Source: Methanobrevibacter sp.
GTDB lineage: Archaea; Methanobacteriota; Methanobacteria; Methanobacteriales; Methanobacteriaceae
Reading direction: 5' to 3'
Length of the DNA stretch: 64,000 nt
Assembly: GCF_051877095.1 (NCBI RefSeq)
Contig: NZ_JBJEIO010000009.1
Span: forward strand, 47,874 to 111,873
Shown one piece after another: positions 47,976 through 58,615 of the stretch. The first letter of the stretch is position 1; each line of letters starts with the position of its first letter. A model generated the notes under the pieces. It was given only the letters and a program-made list of their open reading frames with translations. It did not search any database and had not been told where the DNA came from. A program made the position numbers and the translations under genes.

Positions 47976-48314
47976 TTAAAATATTATTTATTTTTAAAAT
48001 AAACTATTATAATTTAGTTACTGTAATAATTTTTTTTACTAGAAATTTATTTTTTTATAATTATAATTCAAATAAAGTTGTTTTTACTAATTAAAAAGGA
48101 TTTTAGATTAGTAATATTCATTAAAAAGAGTATATTTATTTGTTTTAACTTGTTTGGAAGTTAATATGGCTGTTTATTATTTTTCACTTTTAAGATATTG
48201 ATTATGTTTATAATAATATAATTCATAGTTTTAATGTTGCTATTATACTTTAAAAAAGTATATAATATGTATATATAATATAAAAAGATATATGTATATA
48301 AAAGGTGAAATAAT

Positions 48315-48848
48315 ATGAATAAAAAATATGTAATCATTGGAGTAATCATAATAATTGTTATGACATCTATTGCTGCAGTCATTTTAACTGATGGTTTTGA
48401 AGAGAAAGAAACATTCAGAATATATGGTCAAAATGGAGTTACAGTAATCACATTGAACAATATGTTAACAAGTTATGTATCTCTACTTAATAATTCGGTT
48501 GATACATCTTTAGTTAATAATTCAGCTAATTATACTTCAATTACATCATTTACATCTAATTTAGCACAAAACTATCATGATTATATAATATTCGGGGATG
48601 ATAGGTATGAATTTATTATAATGAGTCCTGATGATGCAGAAAAATTACCATTGGATAATGCACCACAATATACTGATTTCTCTACTTCTAGAGATTTATT
48701 AAAAATAACTGCTCATGTAATTGAGAATTCTACAATAATAGATACTAATGGACAAATGTTTAATTATTATGTTGTGGATCATGTAAATTATGAAGCTAAT
48801 GTAACTAGTTCAAAAGAGGTAAGTTCTACAAGTATGAATGGTTGGTAA
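48315..48848 (+). CDS. Hypothetical exported/membrane-anchored protein
   Basis: GGTGA RBS; MNKK + hydrophobic N-terminal helix; Asn/Ser/Thr-rich body. Confidence 0.7.
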   Translation: MNKKYVIIGVIIIIVMTSIAAVILTDGFEEKETFRIYGQNGVTVITLNNMLTSYVSLLNNSVDTSLVNNSANYTSITSFTSNLAQNYHDYIIFGDDRYEFIIMSPDDAEKLPLDNAPQYTDFSTSRDLLKITAHVIENSTIIDTNGQMFNYYVVDHVNYEANVTSSKEVSSTSMNGW

Positions 48849-48859
48849 TAGAGTGGAGC

Positions 48860-49020
48860 ATGAATAAAAAAGATAATTATGAGAATATTTATATTATTAA
48901 TTATTAATTATTTTAATGATGATTGTTCATACAACAGTGGATATTTTAGATGAACATGGAAATTGTCTCTATTTCAGAGTACAATTGATATTAAAGTTTA
49001 GTAAAGTGAGAATAAATTAA
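48860..49020 (+). pseudogene. Possible decayed exported-protein gene
   Basis: GGAG RBS + MNKK, hydrophobic stretch in a shifted frame (KIIMRIFILLII), then TVDILDEHGN in a third frame. Confidence 0.3.
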
Positions 49021-49349
49021 TATTATGATTATTTTTTCTCATTGTTTTTTTTATTATTTTTTTGTTTTGAGTTTATAATTAGATTCTAATCTTATTATTA
49101 ATATTTTAATTATTAATAGTATAAATTAGCTATATGTAGTGAAAAATTCTTCAAAAATCGTTAAGTTTATATTGGTTATATGCTAAAACTATAATTTAGA
49201 GCTTTTATTTTTATTTTAGACATATAAGTATATTATATTCACGGATTATATTAATTTATACTCTTTAATTTAAAAATAAAATAATAAAAGTAAAAATTAA
49301 AGTTCCATAATTTTTAACAAAGCCAATTTTTTTTTAAAACGGTGTAACC

Positions 49350-49499
49350 ATGAAAAGAAATCCAATTGACCAATTTATGAAAGATCCAGACAATAAAGCT
49401 AAGTTATTTATTTGGATGACACGTGCAATGATTATAACCACTTTTATGATTACAATTGGAGTTATATTATTTATTATACATCTAGTCGGTGTATTTTAG
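49350..49499 (+). CDS. Small membrane protein (49 aa)
   Basis: GGTG RBS; MKRNPIDQFMKDPDNKAKLFIWMTRAMIITTFMITIGVILFIIHLVGVF. Confidence 0.7.
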   Translation: MKRNPIDQFMKDPDNKAKLFIWMTRAMIITTFMITIGVILFIIHLVGVF

Positions 49500-50655
49500 C
49501 TTTTTTATTTATTATTTCACTAGCTAATTCTACTTTTTCAAATAATTTTTCACAATCTTTGTCACTGTCGATTATGGTGAGTAAAGGTTCTGATTTTTCA
49601 GTTATAGATCCAATGTGAGGCAAGTCATAAATGTTGTTTAAATCTATTTTTTGATATTGCATCCTTGTTGGTGAGTAGATAATTTTTTTATAGGAATAAC
49701 ATTTTGGCTTTGGAATATCAACGATTTCACCTTTGCATGATTTAATATGGGCATCAAGCATATTTATTCCAAGAGTTTTTTCTACACATTCAAAAGTACC
49801 TTGGAGTCTTGGGTTAATTTCAATAACATATAATCCATTTTCATTAAGGATATAATCAACACCGTTTGAACCAAGGAGATTGAACTTAACTGCTAAATTC
49901 TCTGAAGTTTCATTCATATTTTTAACTATATTATCTATTCCTTTGATATCTGACATTATTGACTTATCTGTTAATGGTAAGATATTTCCAACATATATGA
50001 AATTGTCTTTTTTTCCAAAATCATTCATAGTAAGTAATCTTGAGTTTATTATTGTTTTTGCAGCATTTCCTGTGGATAATAATGATGAACTCACATTAAT
50101 CCCAGTAACATATTCTTGCATCATGAACTCTCCCCTATTAAATTGCAAATCACTTGCATTATCTAATAGAGTTATGTTATATCCTCCACTTCCTTTAACA
50201 GGTTTTAAAATAAATTGATTATTAGGATAATTTTTATTAATTTCAATAGCTTCATCTATATCAGATAATCTAAAAGTCATAGGAGTTAAGAATTCATTTT
50301 TTATTTTTTTAAAGAATTTAAATTTGTCTTCAATATCTGAAACATCTGTGGTTCCTAAGATTTTCTTTTGATATTTTTTAGGAAAATCATTTGGTGATAC
50401 ACCAGAAATAGGAATGATATAATCAACTTCATCAATATAATCTTTTGAGAATTCTAAAATATTCATTTCATTGAATTGATCTTCAAAAACACCACAACTC
50501 TCTCCAGACTGTTCATTTAAAATAATCTTTTGATTTTTAATGGTTGGAGTATCTGATGTTGAAAAATAACTAGTGGAAAATAGTTCAAAATTAAGTTGGA
50601 GTGCACTATTAATCATACTTCTTGTATCAATTCCAATAAGTAATAATTTTTCCAT
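49474..50655 (-). CDS. ATP-grasp domain protein
   Basis: ILKPVKGSGG, MQEYVTG, NGVDYIL, VIEINPRLQGT. Confidence 0.9.
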   Translation of the reverse strand: MEKLLLIGIDTRSMINSALQLNFELFSTSYFSTSDTPTIKNQKIILNEQSGESCGVFEDQFNEMNILEFSKDYIDEVDYIIPISGVSPNDFPKKYQKKILGTTDVSDIEDKFKFFKKIKNEFLTPMTFRLSDIDEAIEINKNYPNNQFILKPVKGSGGYNITLLDNASDLQFNRGEFMMQEYVTGINVSSSLLSTGNAAKTIINSRLLTMNDFGKKDNFIYVGNILPLTDKSIMSDIKGIDNIVKNMNETSENLAVKFNLLGSNGVDYILNENGLYVIEINPRLQGTFECVEKTLGINMLDAHIKSCKGEIVDIPKPKCYSYKKIIYSPTRMQYQKIDLNNIYDLPHIGSITEKSEPLLTIIDSDKDCEKLFEKVELASEIINKKAKIHRLDV

Positions 50656-50690
50656 AAAATATCAAGTAAAAAAAAGTTTTTTAAGAGTAA

Positions 50691-50762
50691 TAGTCCCGAG
50701 CGGAGTCGAACCGCCGTCTCCGGGTCCAAAGCCTAGAAGGATTACCACTACCCTACGGGACT
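50691..50762 (-). tRNA. tRNA-Gln (anticodon TTG), intron-less, CCA not encoded
   Basis: AGTCCCG/CGGGACT acceptor stem with A1-U72, loop CTTTGGA, T-arm GGCGG-TTCGACT-CCGCT. Confidence 0.95.
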
Positions 50763-50901
50763 ATATTGTAGTATATACAACATTTAATATATTTTTATTA
50801 AGTAATATTTATATCTTTTGGTTACTTTTACCTTTTTTAAAATTTATCATTTTCTTCATGCCGATAAAATGAAAACTAAAATTAAAAAATTAATAACTTG
50901 A

Positions 50902-51303
50902 TTATTTATTTGTTAATTTTTGATAAAATAAACATTTTTCATGCCACATACATTTAAAACAAATTTCAGAAATAGATTCTTTTGTATTGAAAATAGTATT
51001 AATTTCTTCAAACAATTCAACAGAATTATATTCTTTTTTATCTAAATGTTTTAATACCTCATTGTCCATGAAAACAATTCTTTCATTTTGTATTTTATCT
51101 ATACACACATTGTTTTTTAAATTTGGACAATCTTTACAAATATCATCAGGGGTGTTTGTTAATTGGATAATTGTATCTGGGGATTTTCTTTTTAAATTAA
51201 CATTTGTTAGATTTTTTGTAAATTTTTCATCATACCCATAGCCCTGAAAACCTTTAAGGCATAACAGGTGATGTCCTCTTAAAATAAGTTTCATTATAAT
51301 CAA
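50902..51303 (-). CDS. DUF1284 family protein
   Basis: LRGHHLLCLKGFQGYGY, PDDICKDCP, CFKCMW. Confidence 0.9.
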   Translation of the reverse strand: MIIMKLILRGHHLLCLKGFQGYGYDEKFTKNLTNVNLKRKSPDTIIQLTNTPDDICKDCPNLKNNVCIDKIQNERIVFMDNEVLKHLDKKEYNSVELFEEINTIFNTKESISEICFKCMWHEKCLFYQKLTNK

Positions 51304-51335
51304 TAAAAATGAAAAAAGAAAGGTTTAATAACCTT

Positions 51336-51947
51336 TTATTCTTTTGGTAAAAATACTTTGGAAACAGATGCTGCACCTAGGATTTTTACAATATCTCCAA
51401 GGATAAATGGTACAAGACCCATCATTAAAAGCTCAAAAATACCAACGGTTGCACCTTGAGTTAAATTTAACCATAATGCAAGACCTAATAATCCTGGAAT
51501 GTAAATTAATGTGAAGTTTATAACACCAATTACAGTTGCCATTTTTTTGAAACTACGAGCTTCAACATATTTTTCAGTTATTGCTCCAATAACATAAGAT
51601 GCAATAACAAATCCAATAAAGAATCCCCCGGTTGATCCAAGTAGTATGTCTAATCCTCCGGTCATTCCTCCAAACCATGGAATAAATGCTGCACCTAAAA
51701 CAATATATAAAATCTGACTTAAGCATCCATATTTTTTACCTAAAAACAGACCAGAACATAATACTGCAAATGTTTGAGCAGTAACTGGGACAGGAGTCCA
51801 TGGTAAAGGAATAATAATTTGTGCCATTATGCCTGTGAAACATGCCATTAATAATGATAAGAGTAATTTAGTTGCTGTATTAGCATCCTGAATTCTTTCA
51901 AAAACATTTTTTCTAATATTATAATAGTTTTGCATTTCAATATTCAT
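51336..51947 (-). CDS. bioY: Biotin transporter BioY
   Basis: PVPVTAQTFAV, LGKKYG, GSTGGFFIGF, PFILGDIVK. Confidence 0.95.
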   Translation of the reverse strand: MNIEMQNYYNIRKNVFERIQDANTATKLLLSLLMACFTGIMAQIIIPLPWTPVPVTAQTFAVLCSGLFLGKKYGCLSQILYIVLGAAFIPWFGGMTGGLDILLGSTGGFFIGFVIASYVIGAITEKYVEARSFKKMATVIGVINFTLIYIPGLLGLALWLNLTQGATVGIFELLMMGLVPFILGDIVKILGAASVSKVFLPKE

Positions 51948-51992
51948 TTTATCCCTCCAAATTCAAAAAAAGAGAATTATTTAATTCTCAAT

Positions 51993-53255
51993 TTAGTTAA
52001 TAGTTATAATTTTAACGTTATGTGGTTTTTTAACTATATTTACTGATTTAAATGCGACTAATTTTTCAATGCCTTTTTCTGAAGCTGCATCAACTAATCT
52101 TTGGCTGATAACACCATCAAATATTACAGCATTAGCAGTTCCTTCTATGTTTTTAATTTCTTCATAGATATTTTCCACTTCAACTTCTTTAGTCATATTT
52201 AATGCTTCATCTAAGATAGCTCCAACGCCAGTTCCTTCAAATTCTCTAAGCATGTCTTTCATTAAACTTACTTCATCATCTTCAATAACTGGTTCTTCTT
52301 CAATGCGTGGTTCTTCATTACGACGGTTATTGTTGTATTTTTGTTTTTTATCATGCTTATTATTGTTTCTATTATTGTTACGATTCTTACCACTTTCTTT
52401 TTTAGGATTGTCGTTTAGAATATTAGTAGTAGCAAGGAATTGTGCAGTAGGGACTTTGTCTCTGAGTGCAATTAAAACTTCATCTTTTTCTAAATCTTCA
52501 ACTTCTTTTCCTTTAGGAGCACGAGTAATAAAGTCGACTTCACCAATTTGTAAAAGTTCTTTTAAGATGAGTTCTCCACCTCTATCACCATCAACAAATG
52601 CAGTGGTAGTTCTTTTTTTACTTAATTCTCCAATGGACTGAGGTACACTTACACCTTCAACAGCAACTGTGTTTTTAATACCATATTTAAGTAAGTTTAA
52701 AACATCGCTACGTCCTTCCACTACAATAATTGCATCGGATGAATGGATTGCAGGTCCAGCAGGTAAACGATCTTCACCATATTCAGAGATTTCATGAACT
52801 CTCATTGCTTCTCTGACTTCTTCAATCATTTTAATACTTGTAGGGCCAACGCTTTCAACCATGTTTTTGTAAATTTCTTTTGCACGGTTAACAACTTGTT
52901 CTCTTTTAACTGCTCTTACATCTTCAACTTTAATAGTTTGAATTTCAGCTTCACAAGGACCTACACGATTAATTGTTTCGAGAGATGCTGCAAGGATGGC
53001 AGTTTCAACTCTATCTAAACTGGATGGGATTACAATTTCTCCTTTTGCTCTTCCACTGTTAGAACGAATGTTAACTTGAATTCTTCCAATTCTTCCAGTT
53101 CTTTGTAATTCTCTTAAATCTAAATCATTACTGAGTAATCCTTCAGTTTGCCCAAATACAGCACCAACAACATCAGGTTTTTCAACAATACCATTAGCAG
53201 TAATTTGAGCGTGAATTAAATATTTTGTTGTAGTTAATTCTTCACCTTTTCCCAT
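51993..53255 (-). CDS. dnaG: Archaeal DnaG (TOPRIM; exosome-associated)
   Basis: GIVEKPDVVGAVFGQTEG, IIVVEGRSDV, DGDRGG, KEVE. Confidence 0.97.
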   Translation of the reverse strand: MGKGEELTTTKYLIHAQITANGIVEKPDVVGAVFGQTEGLLSNDLDLRELQRTGRIGRIQVNIRSNSGRAKGEIVIPSSLDRVETAILAASLETINRVGPCEAEIQTIKVEDVRAVKREQVVNRAKEIYKNMVESVGPTSIKMIEEVREAMRVHEISEYGEDRLPAGPAIHSSDAIIVVEGRSDVLNLLKYGIKNTVAVEGVSVPQSIGELSKKRTTTAFVDGDRGGELILKELLQIGEVDFITRAPKGKEVEDLEKDEVLIALRDKVPTAQFLATTNILNDNPKKESGKNRNNNRNNNKHDKKQKYNNNRRNEEPRIEEEPVIEDDEVSLMKDMLREFEGTGVGAILDEALNMTKEVEVENIYEEIKNIEGTANAVIFDGVISQRLVDAASEKGIEKLVAFKSVNIVKKPHNVKIITIN

Positions 53256-53652
53256 TCTTAAGCCTCCTGAGCTTATTATTCGGGATAATTTATGTAATTC
53301 TAAGTTATTCGATAAATTTGCATAAATTATACGATAATTATATTCATCAGTCTTAAAGACCTATTATACACTAAAAAAGAGTTTATATACGTAGTGGAGT
53401 CATTATTAAGGTTTTACTATCTAAAATAATTAATAATCTTTGATTGTTTTTTTATATAATATTATATTTCCTTAATAATCTTGTTTCTCCTGTTTTTTTG
53501 TAATAAATTAATAATGAATTTAATAATAATGATATGTAAATTAACTCTATTGAGTATATAATAATATAAGTATTTCTTAAAAATACTACATTATTATTTA
53601 TTAGTAAAACTAATATATAAAGTGTATTATATCGAAGGGAATTGGTGAAGTT

Positions 53653-54396
53653 ATGTCAATTAGTCCAAATGATTTATTAAATAAAAATAAAAATTTGAAC
53701 AAACGTATAGAAATTAGTAAAATTTGTTTAGATAATGTCACAATTAATGATTTAAAATTTACTGGAGACAACTATGAAGAATATATTAATTTATATTCTC
53801 TTTTAGAGAATGTATCTGCATGTCAAGTTTCAGATGCTTATAATGGAATTTCAAGAAGATCTGGAGTTATTCAAAAAATAAAACCAATTAATAATCAGAA
53901 AGTATTTGGTAGAATCTTTACAGCAGAAACTACTAGTGATGATTGGGGAACTTCTGCAATGGCAATTGACGCTGCTAATGATGGAGATATATTATTCTTT
54001 AAAGTTGATAGTGAAGATAAAGCTATTTGGGGAGAACTTGCTTCAACTTGCGCTCGTGACAATGGGATTAAAGCAACAGTAATTTATGGGTCTGTACGTG
54101 ATTTAGATGCTTTATTATATATGGATTATCCAGTATTCGCATCAAATTATTGTCCTAATGCGGGATCTGCTTTAGGTTTAGGTAGCTTAAATGAACAATT
54201 GGACATTGATGGATTTAAAATTAACTCTGGGGATTTTTTCATTGGAGATGAATCCGGTATTGTTGTAATTCCACAGGAAATGTTTGCAAAAACAATGGTA
54301 GCTTCATTAGGTGTTAAAATTAAAGAGTCTATGATTATTGATGAAATTACAAGTGGTAGTACTTTATCTCAAATCGTTGGTCTTGGAAAAAAATAG
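53653..54396 (+). CDS. RraA-like / HMG-CHA aldolase family protein
   Basis: CQVSDA, DWGTS, AIWGELA, IYGSVRD, GDFFIGDESGIVVIP. Confidence 0.88.
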   Translation: MSISPNDLLNKNKNLNKRIEISKICLDNVTINDLKFTGDNYEEYINLYSLLENVSACQVSDAYNGISRRSGVIQKIKPINNQKVFGRIFTAETTSDDWGTSAMAIDAANDGDILFFKVDSEDKAIWGELASTCARDNGIKATVIYGSVRDLDALLYMDYPVFASNYCPNAGSALGLGSLNEQLDIDGFKINSGDFFIGDESGIVVIPQEMFAKTMVASLGVKIKESMIIDEITSGSTLSQIVGLGKK

Positions 54397-54493
54397 TTAA
54401 ACATTTAAATAAAATTCAATATTTATATATAAATATATCGATAACTTTATATACTACCTCTTTATTATATATAACTGAAACAGATTTGATTTT

Positions 54494-54796
54494 ATGAAAT
54501 TATTAGGTAAAAGTTTGCATATTGCAAATTCAGGAAAATTAATAGCTAGAACAACTAAGACACCGTCACCTGGAGCTATAGTATTTGATAGTAATAAAAA
54601 GAAAATTGGTAAAGTAGGTTATGTTTTTGGACCTACTGCGAACCCTTATGTTTCAATTAGATTATTTAAACAGGCAAATAGGGGAGAAATTGAGAAAAAC
54701 TGTGGCGAAAAATTATTTGTATCAAAGCCAAAATCCAAAAAGAATAGAAAAAGGAGGATGAAATCACGCCAAAAGAAACCACAACACAAAAAGTAG
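54494..54796 (+). CDS. gar1: H/ACA RNP complex component Gar1
   Basis: [26 protein letters not shown]; upstream of tfb. Confidence 0.9.
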   Translation: MKLLGKSLHIANSGKLIARTTKTPSPGAIVFDSNKKKIGKVGYVFGPTANPYVSIRLFKQANRGEIEKNCGEKLFVSKPKSKKNRKRRMKSRQKKPQHKK

Positions 54797-54837
54797 ATGA
54801 AATTCCAAGAAGAGGAAGACGTGGAAGAAGAGCTCAA

Positions 54838-55773
54838 ATGGCTAAAGCACAAGAAGATGGACCTAAAGAACCAACAGTATGTCCTGAATGCGGATCAACA
54901 GAATTAATTGGTGATTATGAAAGGGCTGAAGTTGTATGTTCTCATTGTGGATTAGTTATTGATGAAAATCTTGTGGATATGGGTCCTGAATGGAGAGCAT
55001 TTGACCATGAACAAAGGGACAAACGTACAAGAGTTGGTGCTCCAATTACTTACACTATTCACGATAAAGGTCTAAGTACCATGATTGATTGGAGAAACAA
55101 AGACATCTATGGACGTGACATTCCTGCAAGGAACAGAGCACAATGGTACAGATTAAGAAAATGGCAAAGGAAAATTAGAATTTCTGGAGCTACTGAGAGA
55201 AACTTAGCATTTGCATTAAGTGAACTTGATCGTGATTCTTCAAGATTAGGACTTCCAAGAAGTGTAAGAGAAGCTGCAAGTGTAGTATACAGAAGCGCAG
55301 TAGATAATAAATTGATTAGGGGAAGAAGTATTGAAGGAGTAGTGGCTGCATCATTATATGCTGCATGTAGACGTTGTAATGTTCCACGTACTTTAGATGA
55401 AATTGCTGAAGTATCTAGAGTAACTAAAAAAGAAGTAGGTCGTACATACAGGTTCTTAACTCGTGAGTTAAATATTAAATTACCACCAACTTCTCCAGTA
55501 GATTATGTTCCTAGATTTGCATCAGAACTTGGACTTTCTGGTGAAGCACAATCTAAAGCTATTGAAATTATTGAAAAAGCAATGGAAAAAGGATTGACTT
55601 CAGGAAGAGGACCAACTGGTGTAGCAGCTGCAGCATTATATATTGCATCAGTTTTACTTGGAGATAGAAAAACTCAAAGAGATGTAGCTGAAATTGCTGG
55701 TGTTACTGAAGTAACTATCAGAAATAGGTATAAAGAGCTTACAGAACAATTAGAAATGGGTGTTACTTTATAG
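54838..55773 (+). CDS. tfb: Transcription initiation factor IIB
   Basis: Zn ribbon CPECG...CSHCG, GPEWRAF, cyclin repeats, [14 protein letters not shown]. Confidence 0.98.
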   Translation: MAKAQEDGPKEPTVCPECGSTELIGDYERAEVVCSHCGLVIDENLVDMGPEWRAFDHEQRDKRTRVGAPITYTIHDKGLSTMIDWRNKDIYGRDIPARNRAQWYRLRKWQRKIRISGATERNLAFALSELDRDSSRLGLPRSVREAASVVYRSAVDNKLIRGRSIEGVVAASLYAACRRCNVPRTLDEIAEVSRVTKKEVGRTYRFLTRELNIKLPPTSPVDYVPRFASELGLSGEAQSKAIEIIEKAMEKGLTSGRGPTGVAAAALYIASVLLGDRKTQRDVAEIAGVTEVTIRNRYKELTEQLEMGVTL

Positions 55774-56128
55774 TTACCTTACTAATTTATTTAGGTTAAT
55801 TTGAGCGTTATATTCAATGCTCTATTAATCTTGCTTTTTTTTATTGAATTTTAATATCTTTGTTAGTTATATTAAAAAAGAGAAGAGTTTATAATAAAAT
55901 ATATTTTTCTTATTTTCGTATATTTTTATTAAAGTAGGATTTTTTAGTTAATCCTAGTGTATTTGACTTATTTATGATTAAATGATAGGGTATTTATTTT
56001 CAATGGTTAGATTATTTAATCTATATCTATGACATATATTATTTCAAAGTCATTAGAACAAACCGTCTAATTAATGCATTCAAAGTGTATTTATTATAAA
56101 ACTTTACATTAGACTTAATATCACAGTA

Positions 56129-56389
56129 TTAATCTAATTTATCAACTATTTCTTCTCCAATACTTGTAAGTCGATATAAACGCCCTTTTCTTGCTTTTTC
56201 ATTAATGCATTCAGCCATTCCAGTTTCTTTTAATTCGCGAAGGACTTTGGAAATATGATTTGGAAGTATTTCAGCTTCTTTCGCAATTTGAGTTGGTGTT
56301 TTAACATCATCTTTAAGAACTTTCATTGTTCTAGAACGATATGAGCTAATATTCGCATATGCAAATTTTTTCAATGTTTCATCATCCAT
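56129..56389 (-). CDS. Small winged-helix DNA-binding protein
   Basis: KTPTQIAKEAEILPNHISKVLRELKETG...GRLYRLT. Confidence 0.88.
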   Translation of the reverse strand: MDDETLKKFAYANISSYRSRTMKVLKDDVKTPTQIAKEAEILPNHISKVLRELKETGMAECINEKARKGRLYRLTSIGEEIVDKLD

Positions 56390-56524
56390 AATTATTCCTC
56401 CTTTAAAAGTTTTCTACATAGTTTAATAACTTGTTTTTAATATATAAAATTAATTTAATATTTAGGTTATATCTGTATTGATGGGTTAGTAGAATTATTT
56501 CTTTTACTATTAGTATTGGGATGA

Positions 56525-58411
56525 TTATTTTGAATATTTTTCAATTCTATATTTTAATTCACGTATAATTCCATCATTGTTTGTCTTTTTGACATTTTTT
56601 AGTTTTTCTTGATATTTTGGAAGTCTTGATAAGAATTTTTGAACTTTTGGAGCATTCATGATTTCATGATATTCTCCATAGCCTAATTTTTGAACGTAAA
56701 ATCCATTTAATGTTTGTTCAAAGTTTCCAATTGCTGGAACTGAATAAATTGGTTTTTTGAGATATATTGCTTCTGAAATAAATGTAAATCCACCATTACA
56801 AATAACTGCTTTAGATGATGCTAAATCATCGTAGAAAACATCTTCATTAAACTCTTTATATGTTAAGTTACCTTCTGTCTCATTTTTATTAAATCCATAA
56901 ACAATAAATTTTTCATTATTAAGAGATTTTAATTTACGAACGAGTTTTCCACTTTCTTTACTTGTTTGATAAACGATTACATGATCTCCTTGGGTAGGAG
57001 TTAATTTTAAAATATCTTCACGTATAATTGGAGGATAAATTATAGCATTCTTTTTAGGTCTTATTTTAGGATAAAAGAAGCTTGTAAGAATATGTACTTT
57101 TGGTTTCACAACATATGTTTTAATTACTCCTTTTGCTTTAACCATTTCAACATATTTGTCTTTTGGGTAATCAATTTTAGTTTGAGTAATCATGTGAATG
57201 TTGTCTAAACTAATTAAAGGAATATTAAGGAGTTTAGAAACCATTGTTGCATATATTTCAAAATCAGTTACAATAATATCTGGCTTAAGTTCTCTTGCTT
57301 TTTTATATAAATTGTCATACCCTGTTTTTATATTACTTGGATTTCTTTTTAAAGCATTTGCAAGGGTTTTCATATTATTTACTTTATTGTTAATGTAGAC
57401 TGTGTTAAAACCACCGATTTTATAAACATTGTCAAATTTAGATTTTAAGTATTCGTAAGCTCGGTCACTTGAGAATAAATAAACATCATATTCATCTTTA
57501 ATCCTATCAACGATTACTCCAGTTCTTATTGCATGACCCATTCCTTCACCGCAAACACAATAAAATACTCTTTTTTTATTTCTTTTAGGTTTTAACTGGG
57601 ATTTAATTTTATTAACTTTTTCTTTTGATTCTTCATAAGTTTCTTTAATGTCGTTAATAGTTTCTATTCTTTTTTCAAGATTTGGCATTTTAGATTCACT
57701 AATTTTAGCATGGCCATGATCGAATGTATAATTTAGCTCATTAATATCAGTTCTTTTACCTAAAAAATCATTAACAGTACTTCTACCATATTGTTTAATT
57801 AATGTAGTAATTCCTTCTTCTTCAAGTCTTCTTGTTGAAACGCCAATTTTTGCTTTTCTTAAAACTTTGAATTTTTCTTTTTTAGCTAATCTTTCAATAT
57901 AATCAGTATCTTCACCAAATGTTAGTGATTCATCAAATCCATTGCATTCTTCGTGTAATTTTTTTTTTGCAATGATTCCGTAACATCCAGCACCGTGGGG
58001 TTTGATGTTTTCAACACTAATCATAAAGAAATTTGCAAAATCATGGTACAATTTATCTTCAACTTTATTTGAAAGGGGTTCCATACGGGTTATAGCTATT
58101 CCAAGTCTTTCCATTTTAAATTCATAAATAACATCTCTTAGATAATCATCTGTTAATTTTAAGTCTGAATCGAGAAAGAGTAGAATATCTCCTTTTGCAA
58201 CATTAGCACCACTATTTCTTCCCACACCTGGCATTCCTCCATCTACTATTGTACAACCATATTCTTCAGCTATTTCTCTTGTTCTATCAGTTGAATTTGC
58301 ATCAGCTACAATAATCTCATAATCATCAAAATTTTGTTTTTTTATACTGTCTAAGAGAATTGGGAGGTACTCTTCTTCATTGTAAGTGGGTATAATAATG
58401 CTTAAAATCAT
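56525..58411 (-). CDS. Two-domain glycosyltransferase: GT2 (GT-A) + MJ1255/VC2487-like (GT-B)
   Basis: SIIIPTYNEE, FLDSD, GEDTD; second domain CGEGMGHAIR, ITDFE, CNGGFTFISEA, FEQ. Confidence 0.9.
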   Translation of the reverse strand: MILSIIIPTYNEEEYLPILLDSIKKQNFDDYEIIVADANSTDRTREIAEEYGCTIVDGGMPGVGRNSGANVAKGDILLFLDSDLKLTDDYLRDVIYEFKMERLGIAITRMEPLSNKVEDKLYHDFANFFMISVENIKPHGAGCYGIIAKKKLHEECNGFDESLTFGEDTDYIERLAKKEKFKVLRKAKIGVSTRRLEEEGITTLIKQYGRSTVNDFLGKRTDINELNYTFDHGHAKISESKMPNLEKRIETINDIKETYEESKEKVNKIKSQLKPKRNKKRVFYCVCGEGMGHAIRTGVIVDRIKDEYDVYLFSSDRAYEYLKSKFDNVYKIGGFNTVYINNKVNNMKTLANALKRNPSNIKTGYDNLYKKARELKPDIIVTDFEIYATMVSKLLNIPLISLDNIHMITQTKIDYPKDKYVEMVKAKGVIKTYVVKPKVHILTSFFYPKIRPKKNAIIYPPIIREDILKLTPTQGDHVIVYQTSKESGKLVRKLKSLNNEKFIVYGFNKNETEGNLTYKEFNEDVFYDDLASSKAVICNGGFTFISEAIYLKKPIYSVPAIGNFEQTLNGFYVQKLGYGEYHEIMNAPKVQKFLSRLPKYQEKLKNVKKTNNDGIIRELKYRIEKYSK

Positions 58412-58615
58412 ATGTTAAGGTTTATTTTTTAAATTAATAAAGTTTTATTAAAAAATAAGATTTTAACTTTTAGTAAATAAATTTCATTCATTGAATGTTT
58501 GTTTCTTTTAAAGATTTTAAAAGTTATTTAATGCTTTTAAAAAGGATTACTTCACTATTTTTGAGTTTTCAATATATTAATAGGATTACAATGGGAATTA
58601 TTATATTGATGAGCT

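Noticed and set aside
49412-49618. 68-aa plus-strand ORF in the track
   Set aside because: Out of frame with the RBS-supported 49350-49499 ORF and overlaps the ATP-grasp gene 3' end.
50691-50762. tRNA-Gln as an integration site
   Set aside because: No duplicated 3' tRNA fragment or integrase nearby; both flanks are core genes.
50573-50872. 99-aa plus-strand ORF
   Set aside because: Spans the tRNA-Gln gene and the ATP-grasp start on the opposite strand.
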